A stretch of 33,064 bases of DNA, taken from assembly GCA_027002315.1 (NCBI GenBank), contig JALWZV010000088.1:1-33064 (forward strand), read 5' to 3'. Below, piece by piece: positions 17,309 through 24,272 of this stretch. The first letter of the stretch is position 1, and every line of letters starts with the position of its first letter. The position numbers were made by a program, and so were the translations under genes. The notes beneath the pieces were generated by a model. It saw only the letters and a program-made list of their open reading frames with translations. It was not told the origin of the DNA and searched no databases. Source of the DNA: Candidatus Roizmanbacteria bacterium. GTDB lineage: Bacteria > Patescibacteriota > Microgenomatia > UBA1406 > GWC2-37-13.

Positions 17309-17735
17309 TTACAAATTATACTTCTCTTGTGCCTTGCGTGATATTACGTCTCCTTCAGCAACACACTCAATCTCAACCGCAGCCCCTAAAGGCAATTCTT
17401 TAACAGCAACTGCTACTCTTGCTGGTGGAACACTCCCAAACTTTTTAGCATACACCTCATTCATCTCTTGATAATCATTTATAGATGTAAGGAAAACTCT
17501 TGTTTTGACAATATTGTCAAAACTCCAACCAAGCTCCGATAAAATATTCGCAATGTTTTTGAAGGCTTGCTCTGTTTGCAAACCAACTCCGCCTTGAACT
17601 AATTTGCCAGTTTGAGGATCTAAGCCTATTTGTCCGGAAACTTCAAGACGATATTTGTTTACACTCAACACTCCTTGTGAAAAAAAAACTGGCTGCCTTT
17701 GGAGCTTTGTTGGAATCGACTGCTATTTTTTTCAT
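17309..17735 (-). pseudogene. ridA: RidA/YjgF-family deaminase with a +1 frameshift in an A9 (coding-strand T9) run
   Basis: ATG at 17733-17735 gives MKKIAVDSNKAPKAAS FFF... and leaves the frame at the homopolymer 17680-17688. Removing one base yields ...APKAASFFSQGVLSVNKYRLEVSGQIGLDPQTGKLV..., a normal RidA N-terminus continuous with ORF 17309..17671. Confidence 0.7.
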
Positions 17736-17878
17736 ATTATGAATTACTCAATTCTAACATATTTATACACTCAATTTCGTATAAAATTATTTGTCTTCTG
17801 CTCTCTTTAAAATCTTAACTACTCCATTGTCTGCATCAATTTCTACTAAATCCCTCATAATCATGAAAACTACTATTT

Positions 17879-18196
17879 TCACTTACCGTATTTTTCAATT
17901 AACCACCCCAGAGAACTTCCAAAGATTACTGTCGATATACTCATAGGAATAACTGCATCAAAAGAATTCCACCAAACCAAAAATGCTATTGGAATCAGCG
18001 TCAAAACCGAGATAGTTAATCCTTTTATCCACCCCTTTATATTCAAACGTGTGATAGAGATAATATAGCCGACAACAAGCCAGTGAAAAAAAGCAGAAAG
18101 GTTGGCATCCCAGCTCATTTTCTGAATAATCATTGGAGTAACATCCAAAACTCCAACCACCAAACCTAGTAAGATGCCTAATTTAGCTTTTTTCAT
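17879..18196 (-). CDS. Small integral membrane protein (3-4 TM), unknown function
   Basis: 105-aa ORF that is almost entirely hydrophobic. Confidence 0.5.
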   Translation of the reverse strand: MKKAKLGILLGLVVGVLDVTPMIIQKMSWDANLSAFFHWLVVGYIISITRLNIKGWIKGLTISVLTLIPIAFLVWWNSFDAVIPMSISTVIFGSSLGWLIEKYGK

Positions 18197-18232
18197 ACTT
18201 GTATATATTTTAACATCTACTAATTTGCAAAA

Positions 18233-19159
18233 CTACCTAATTCCTAACAGCTTTATTACCGGCGGGTGAGAAAAATACGCTCGAACGTTAAACTCTTTGT
18301 CTACAAGCTCAATCATCTCAAGGTTAGGTCGTTTAATAAGCTTAAAATTAGAAAACTTTAAGTGCTTTTTCTTAAATCTTTCGTACTCTACAACAGTGAA
18401 ATCAGCATCGCCTTCTTCGGGTCTGGTCGGATCAGGCTTTCTAATTTTTAATAACCTCAAATCTCCAGCAATAGTTTTTAACGGTTTAATGTGAAATAAC
18501 GGACCAGTTGGGGTTTGTTTAACAACATGTCCTAATTTCTCAGCTAGTTTTAACAACTGCTTAAACTCTCTTTTGCTCTGACAGAAGATACAAGCGTAAT
18601 TTACCAACGCATCTTTCTCATTCGTATATTTATTCTTCAAGATACATGCTTGTTCAACAATCTTTTGAATTTTGGCTTTAAAATTCTGTATAACCACTTT
18701 CTGTGTTAATTTATTAATAGTTAAGATTGTGTTCTTAAAGAGTATTGTGTGAAAACCAGCTTTTTTTGTTGCTTTAATATTTAATTCAAAGTCATCGACA
18801 AAAATTATCTCGTTTGGAGACAGTCTCAACAAGCCAGTTAACTTCTTATATAACTCTGGCTTGTTTTTGGAAATACCGAGCCTTGCAGCACTAAAAACTC
18901 TTCTAGATATAAGCTTTAGTTCTTTTTGAAGAGGTGGGTACTCTTGAATATATCTACTTGTTAAAATATACAAGCTTATCTTAGAAGAAATTTTTTTATA
19001 AAAGTTGAGTAACTCTTTATTTAACATAAAATATTTCCAAAAATCGTAGTTACCTTGTTTAAGTAACTCTTCGTGGTAATCGTTGAGTTGTCCAAGTTTG
19101 GAATTATCATTTCTAAAAAGTAAAACTTTAGAAAGATCTGATATTACAGCTCTAATCAT
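18233..19159 (-). CDS. HAD-superfamily hydrolase fused to an unassigned C-terminal domain
   Basis: N-terminal 'IRAVISDLSKVL' (DxS in place of DxD) and 'IIFVDDFELNIKATKKAGF' (HAD motif IV). The C-terminal ~140 aa ('LLKIRKPDPTRPEEGDADFTVVEYERF') is possibly VOC/YecM-like; this is a weak call. TATACT lies 8 nt before the ATG. Confidence 0.6.
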   Translation of the reverse strand: MIRAVISDLSKVLLFRNDNSKLGQLNDYHEELLKQGNYDFWKYFMLNKELLNFYKKISSKISLYILTSRYIQEYPPLQKELKLISRRVFSAARLGISKNKPELYKKLTGLLRLSPNEIIFVDDFELNIKATKKAGFHTILFKNTILTINKLTQKVVIQNFKAKIQKIVEQACILKNKYTNEKDALVNYACIFCQSKREFKQLLKLAEKLGHVVKQTPTGPLFHIKPLKTIAGDLRLLKIRKPDPTRPEEGDADFTVVEYERFKKKHLKFSNFKLIKRPNLEMIELVDKEFNVRAYFSHPPVIKLLGIR

Positions 19160-19391
19160 ATAGTTAAAGTATACAATATCTTGTGTAATTTAACACAAGT
19201 TATATCGTTATAGGTTATATGCGAACATAAATTTCTCGGTTACTCTTAAACGGTAGTAAGAAGAGGGTGGATTTTTGTTGTCAGTTTTTATCACTAATCT
19301 CTACCAAGCTTCAATTTTAACATACTATCTTGCTGGAATTGCGATTATTTATCTGCAGGTAACTTTTAAGGAATACAACTCCATAAAAGTC

Positions 19392-19420
19392 TTGACTTTT
19401 GTGGAGTTATTATCTAAAAT
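19392..19420 (+). promoter_or_regulatory. Sigma-70-type promoter TTGACT-17 nt-TAAAAT for the DUF4143 ATPase gene
   Basis: TTGACT at 19392-19397 and TAAAAT at 19415-19420 with 17-nt spacing. ATG codons follow at 19431 and 19437. Confidence 0.45.
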
Positions 19421-19436
19421 GGTTGCTATTATGATA

Positions 19437-20573
19437 ATGAAACGCCCCTACTTAAAAAAACTCAAACAGCTGCTTACACCAGGTAAAGCTGTTTTTGTTG
19501 TTGGTCCAAGAAGAGCTGGAAAAACAACCTTAGTCAAACAACTATTACAAAACTACACTCATCCAGAAAAGACAAAATTTGTCTTAGGAGACAATTTACG
19601 TACACAACAGATATTATCCTCACAAGACAAAACCTTACTTTCAGAGTTCGTAGAGAACATTCAACTTCTTGTTATAGATGAGATACAGTTTATCCCAAAT
19701 ATAGGTATGTCAATAAAGCTTATATTAGATACCCACCCTTACTTACAAATAGTTGCCACAGGTTCAGCAAGCTTAGAAATAGTTAACAAAGTAGGAGAAC
19801 CTCTTGTGGGAAGAAAATTCACCTTACATCTCTACCCTTTTTCTATTTACGAGTTACACCGAAATTTTTACCACTCTTCTCTTGACTTAAAAGAAGATTT
19901 AAACAAAATCTTAATGTTCGGACTTTATCCAGAGGTGTTTTTGTCTCGCAGTAAAAACAAAAAAATCTTAATGCTTAATGAATTAGTAGAATCATACCTG
20001 CTCAAAGATATCTTAACTCTCAAAGAACTGCGTCATCCTTTTCTCTTACATAAGTTGTTACAACTTCTCGCCTATCAGATAGGTAATCTTGTCTCTTTTA
20101 CTGAGCTTTCACGAGAATTAGGTGTAGATGTAAAAACTGTTGAAAAATATATTTGGCTTTTAGAAAAAAGCTTTATTATTAAAAGAGTATCAAGCTTTAG
20201 TCGTAATTTAAGAAATGAGCTTAAAAAAAGCAAAAAATACTATTTTCTTGATTTAGGTATACGCAACGCATTAATTCAAAATTTTAATCGCTTCGATGAA
20301 AGAGCCGATAAAGGACAACTCTGGGAAAATTTTCTTTTTATAGAAAGACTAAAGAAAACTTTTTTAACAGAGAAATTATCCAATCATTTCTTTTGGCGTA
20401 CAAAATATGGTCAGGAGATAGACTTAATTGAAGAACGAGAAGGTAAGTTTTTCCCTTATGAATTTAAGCTCAATAAAAAAAGCGTGAAAACAACAAGGTT
20501 TGAAAAACTTTACTCCACAGCACAAAAAATAAAAGTTATAAATCGGAATAATTTTCTGCAATTTATAACATAA
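19437..20573 (+). CDS. AAA-type ATPase with C-terminal DUF4143 domain
   Basis: Walker A 'GPRRAGKTTL' and Walker B 'LLVIDEIQ'. 'MKRPYLKKLKQLL' is a typical N-terminus for this family. The ORF-track start at 19275 adds a hydrophobic 54-aa extension that overlaps the promoter. Confidence 0.8.
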   Translation: MKRPYLKKLKQLLTPGKAVFVVGPRRAGKTTLVKQLLQNYTHPEKTKFVLGDNLRTQQILSSQDKTLLSEFVENIQLLVIDEIQFIPNIGMSIKLILDTHPYLQIVATGSASLEIVNKVGEPLVGRKFTLHLYPFSIYELHRNFYHSSLDLKEDLNKILMFGLYPEVFLSRSKNKKILMLNELVESYLLKDILTLKELRHPFLLHKLLQLLAYQIGNLVSFTELSRELGVDVKTVEKYIWLLEKSFIIKRVSSFSRNLRNELKKSKKYYFLDLGIRNALIQNFNRFDERADKGQLWENFLFIERLKKTFLTEKLSNHFFWRTKYGQEIDLIEEREGKFFPYEFKLNKKSVKTTRFEKLYSTAQKIKVINRNNFLQFIT

Positions 20574-20579
20574 TATCTT

Positions 20580-20807
20580 TTATCTACCAAGATACTTAAA
20601 TCTTGGAACTTTTTTTCCATCAACTTCTACTGTTTCTAAAAACATCTTCTTTGGTCTTACCCATAAGGAGTTTTTTCCAAACTCTGATGTGTAAAGAGCT
20701 TTATAAACCACCAACTCCTCTAAAGTCTCACTATGTCGAGCAACACCAATAACCTCATACTCTTTGCCTTTATAATGTCTGTACTTTCCGAGCTTTATAC
20801 TTTTCAT
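20580..20807 (-). CDS. DUF1653-family protein
   Basis: 'GKYRHYKGKEYEVIGVARHSETLEELVVYKALY....LWVRPKKMF'. The ATG at 20805-20807 (MKSIKLGKY) abuts the stop of the upstream small gene. Confidence 0.75.
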   Translation of the reverse strand: MKSIKLGKYRHYKGKEYEVIGVARHSETLEELVVYKALYTSEFGKNSLWVRPKKMFLETVEVDGKKVPRFKYLGR

Positions 20808-20808
20808 A

Positions 20809-21030
20809 TCATTTCCTTTTAGAATCTTGATTATTTTTAATTTGATATCCAACAACCAATCCTCCCCATATAACCCCTATTGAATACAAAGAAATTAATC
20901 CGCTCATAAGCTCAGGGCTCTTTATATCTAGAGTGCTAATTATTTCTCCAAAAATAAAACTCAATAAAGCAACAAACACTACAAAATACCATGTTGATGG
21001 TAAAAGCTTCTTTAAATTATTATTGCTCAT
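20809..21030 (-). CDS. Small two-TM membrane protein
   Basis: 73-aa ORF with two hydrophobic helices. No family recognised. Confidence 0.45.
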   Translation of the reverse strand: MSNNNLKKLLPSTWYFVVFVALLSFIFGEIISTLDIKSPELMSGLISLYSIGVIWGGLVVGYQIKNNQDSKRK

Positions 21031-21040
21031 ATGTGTTTAC

Positions 21041-21937
21041 TTAAATTTCTAATTTATCAATCCAGTTTAATATTTGCTTGGATAACTTGTCCTCATATCC
21101 AAGATAACTATGAGCTGCCCTAGCAATGACTATCCCTTTAAAATTAGAAGATTTGGTAGCACTCTTTAACATCTCTATGCATTCCTCAGCTGGATTACCT
21201 ATTGCAAAATCATTCTCTCCTAACGTAGCCATTATTGGAAGAGTTATCTTTCTAAAATACTTAAAACCTCTTTCTGGATGAAAATAATTAAATATTTGAA
21301 TATTACTATCTAAACGTCCCCAGTTATAAAAAGTCATGGCACTAACTGGACAATTGCTCCATAAGTTAACAGGCATCAACTCCCGCCCTTTACCTTCCTT
21401 TACCATTTTTTCAGCTAATTTTAGATTTTCTTTATAATTTGGCACGTAACGTTCAAATCCGTAAGCGATATCAGATGGAGATATAAGAACTAACGCTTTT
21501 ATTCCTGATAAATCTTTTTTTGTATAAACATACCAGATGATTTTCTGAGGAGTACTATGAGCCTGCAAAATAATATTTCTAAAACCCATTGACTTGGCTT
21601 CTTTTACCCAAGCGTCAATATCGTAAAAAGAGTTCTCAAATATATCAAAAGCTGATCCCATCTGTGCATACTCATAACCTGAGGCTGATCGTTGGACTAT
21701 ATCTGATAAGTAATTCTTCCCCCTATGAGATGCTGTCATAAAAGCGTAACCATGACCAGGATAACTTCTAGCCATATGAAATACAAAATGGTTTTGAAGA
21801 AAATCCCCTTCTTTTCCATGAAAATGAATTACAATAGCCTTGCTTTTTTCTCTTTTTGGTTTTACTAAAACCGCATCTAACTCTAATCCATCTTGAGTTG
21901 TTGTTTTTATGATAGTCCCATTAAAAGTTTCTCGCAT
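21041..21937 (-). CDS. Alpha/beta-hydrolase-fold protein with an atypical nucleophile elbow
   Basis: 'AIVIHFHGKEGDF', then 'IILQAHSTPQK', where G-x-S-x-G reads A-H-S-T-P. The ATG at 21935-21937 is preferred over the TTG at 21970. Confidence 0.55.
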   Translation of the reverse strand: MRETFNGTIIKTTTQDGLELDAVLVKPKREKSKAIVIHFHGKEGDFLQNHFVFHMARSYPGHGYAFMTASHRGKNYLSDIVQRSASGYEYAQMGSAFDIFENSFYDIDAWVKEAKSMGFRNIILQAHSTPQKIIWYVYTKKDLSGIKALVLISPSDIAYGFERYVPNYKENLKLAEKMVKEGKGRELMPVNLWSNCPVSAMTFYNWGRLDSNIQIFNYFHPERGFKYFRKITLPIMATLGENDFAIGNPAEECIEMLKSATKSSNFKGIVIARAAHSYLGYEDKLSKQILNWIDKLEI

Positions 21938-22103
21938 AGTAAAATTACTAATGCAGTAATCCAACCTCAATTATAACACACAATTAGTGATTGCTTAATA
22001 AATTTTCTAATCAACTTATGAATAAGACGTGTAATCTTACAAAATCCTTCCTACACACTTCCTCAACTAACTTTCTTATCTTCTCTGTATAATCATTAAA
22101 ATC

Positions 22104-22691
22104 TCAAGAGTTAAAAACTGTTTTTAACGCCTCGTACTTCTTTCTTACCTTCGCTCTGTATTTTGGGTAAAAGATTTTCTTATGAAAATCACGCTCTATT
22201 TTTCTCTTCACCCAGCTTTTATACTCTTCAAAATTGTCTGTCGCGTTTAACCAACAATTAACAGGTAGAATCAAAAAAAACTCACTTAAAAAATGAGCCA
22301 TAGCATCAGCTGTAGAAAGAACTTTTCCTTCTTCCGTCTGCGGTAACGTTTCACGACAGCTATGATGCAAAATTGCCTGCTCTACCTCTTTAATCTTGCT
22401 ATCTGAGTAACCATATCTTATCATAACTTCTCTTGTTGTCTTTAAGCTCTCATTCATTAGTTCAGGATCATCATCAATCTCCCATACTCTAGCTATATCG
22501 TGAAAAAGTGCAGCTAAAACCACAATCTCAACATCAGCTCCAACATCTTCAGCTACCTCTTTTCCATAGTTTGCAACCAACATCACATGTCCTTTAAAAA
22601 ACCAAGCACGCATACTCTCATCCTTGCTCTGAGCATACAGTTTCTCTACCTCCTGCTTAATGGACTCAACTTTTTTATTCACAAAACTCAT
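22104..22691 (-). CDS. HD-domain phosphohydrolase
   Basis: 'KGHVMLVANYGKEVAE' and 'LAALFHDIAR'. Its start overlaps the upstream gene's stop by 4 nt. Confidence 0.75.
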   Translation of the reverse strand: MSFVNKKVESIKQEVEKLYAQSKDESMRAWFFKGHVMLVANYGKEVAEDVGADVEIVVLAALFHDIARVWEIDDDPELMNESLKTTREVMIRYGYSDSKIKEVEQAILHHSCRETLPQTEEGKVLSTADAMAHFLSEFFLILPVNCWLNATDNFEEYKSWVKRKIERDFHKKIFYPKYRAKVRKKYEALKTVFNS

Positions 22692-23239
22692 TTTTGATGT
22701 TTTAAAAATTTCTTAACAACAGTAATTATCTCAGGAAACTCTGTTTTTTTCACATCTGCACCAAAATGCCCCTCATCAAGATACTCGTGATATTCACACT
22801 GCAATTTTTCTTTGATAAATAAAGCCTCAGATATTGGAATATAAAGATCATCTCTTGAGGCAAACAAGACTATTCTCTTTGCATTATTTTTTATCTTCTC
22901 CCATTGCCATGGTCTATCAAAATACCCGCTTTTCTTCTCAAGCTCGTCTCCTAAATCTGTATAACAAGCTCCAACCAAAATAGCCAATCTACATTTATAT
23001 CTCTCCAGATATCTCAAAACCGCAACAGCGCCAGAAGAGTGGCCAATTAGAACTGCATCCTCTGTCGATAGCTTTTGTTTAATAAAAGGAAGCCAATATC
23101 TTTCTCTTGCAAAATAAGGATCCGGCATATTTTCTGCAATTACATCCAATCCAAGCTTTTCTAACCCTTCTTTAACGCTCTGATACCAATTCTCATGAAT
23201 ATCTGTGTTTTCGTTGCCAGGAACAATAATCGCTTTCAT
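22688..23239 (-). CDS. YdeN/RBBP9-type serine hydrolase (alpha/beta fold)
   Basis: 'IIVPGNENTD...WY', nucleophile 'LIGHSSGAVAVLRYLE', and 'EGHFG' near the C-terminus. Confidence 0.7.
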   Translation of the reverse strand: MKAIIVPGNENTDIHENWYQSVKEGLEKLGLDVIAENMPDPYFARERYWLPFIKQKLSTEDAVLIGHSSGAVAVLRYLERYKCRLAILVGACYTDLGDELEKKSGYFDRPWQWEKIKNNAKRIVLFASRDDLYIPISEALFIKEKLQCEYHEYLDEGHFGADVKKTEFPEIITVVKKFLKHQK

Positions 23240-23307
23240 AAATTATACTTCTGAATTATTAATTCTAATTCGTATTATATCCTAAAAATAAAGTAGTTTT
23301 GTCTTTA

Positions 23308-23316
23308 TGTTATAAT
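23308..23316 (+). promoter_or_regulatory. Extended -10 (TGTTATAAT) 6 nt upstream of the SGNH hydrolase ATG
   Basis: TG at 23308-23309, TATAAT at 23311-23316, ATG at 23323. No Shine-Dalgarno sequence. Confidence 0.45.
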
Positions 23317-23322
23317 GCTCAT

Positions 23323-23970
23323 ATGACTCAATTCTTTGCCTTAGGATCAAGTAGTGTTTACGGCGTTGGTAGTGCTAACGGAGGTTGGGCTGATTTAATC
23401 AAATACAAGCTTCATCAAAAAATGTACCAAGAAAACGGAGTGGGAGAAAAATACGAACTTTATAATCTTTCTAAACCAGGAGCTACGATTGAATTTATAA
23501 AAGAACTCTGCATCTCAACCATACCTATGTATACTCGAAACGGGCAAACTATTGCTTTGTTAAATGTTGGCGGCAACGATGCAAAAGCAGAAGGCACACC
23601 AACTAATTATCTTTCAACACCAAAAGAGTTTAAACAAAAATTAGTTTCGCTTATTCCTTTATTAAAGAAACATTTTTCTTACATTTTCTTCGTCGCTTAC
23701 GGATACTACGATGAAGCAAAGGTTAATCCTAAAATTAGTCCATTTACAGGCCAAAAGTCTTACTTCTCTAACAAGAGAAAGGGGTTGTTTCAAAAGGTAG
23801 TCAGAGATGTTTGTCAAGAGTATAAACTTGAGTTTATACAACCACAAGTCGATAAAACTACCTGGCTTCAAAAGTATATTTATAAAGATGGTCTGCACCC
23901 AAACAGCAAGGGTTACAAAATCATAGCCGACAAAGTATGGTCTGAACTTCAAAGTACAATTTTTAAGTAA
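23323..23970 (+). CDS. SGNH/GDSL-family hydrolase
   Basis: Block I 'FALGSSSVYG', block III 'NVGGNDA' and block V 'DGLHPN'. The ATG at 23323 is preferred over the TTG at 23299. Confidence 0.75.
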   Translation: MTQFFALGSSSVYGVGSANGGWADLIKYKLHQKMYQENGVGEKYELYNLSKPGATIEFIKELCISTIPMYTRNGQTIALLNVGGNDAKAEGTPTNYLSTPKEFKQKLVSLIPLLKKHFSYIFFVAYGYYDEAKVNPKISPFTGQKSYFSNKRKGLFQKVVRDVCQEYKLEFIQPQVDKTTWLQKYIYKDGLHPNSKGYKIIADKVWSELQSTIFK

Positions 23971-23984
23971 GGTTTGTTAATTAT

Positions 23985-24272
23985 TTAATGATGGAGAAAA
24001 GGCTTTGCTTCTTGTTGTAAGATATCAGAAATGAGATCAGAAAGGGTTTTGTTTTGACTGGATAACGCCTTATCATATTCCTTAATCATATTATCAACAG
24101 ATGGTAGTTCGCTTTGTTGAGATAACTTAACTGTATCTCCCAACTTATTTTCCAGTCTTTTCGCAACTCTGATAAGTAAACCTGTTATGATTATATCTCT
24201 TTTTCTTTCATTAAAACCAACATTCCTTAAACGTGTATCTACTAATTGTAAAGTTTTTGTAATATTCTTCAT
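23985..24272 (-). CDS. Hypothetical 95-aa protein, translationally coupled to the 714-aa gene
   Basis: Its ATG (24270-24272) overlaps the upstream TGA (24269-24271) as ATGA. Predicted helical. No family recognised. Confidence 0.5.
   Translation of the reverse strand: MKNITKTLQLVDTRLRNVGFNERKRDIIITGLLIRVAKRLENKLGDTVKLSQQSELPSVDNMIKEYDKALSSQNKTLSDLISDILQQEAKPFLHH

Noticed and set aside
17787-17864. 25-codon minus-strand ORF (MIMRDLVEIDADNGVVKILKRAEDK*) between the small membrane-protein gene and the RidA start.
   Set aside because: It is too short to evaluate and has no recognisable motif. It could be a small protein or the C-terminal relic of a lost gene, but the sequence alone gives no support either way.
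19275-19436. N-terminal 54-aa extension of the DUF4143 ATPase in the ORF track (MLSVFITNLYQ...).
   Set aside because: The extension begins at a non-ATG codon, is hydrophobic and unlike this soluble ATPase family, and contains the TTGACT-17-TAAAAT promoter. The family-typical N-terminus MKRPYLKKL starts at 19437.
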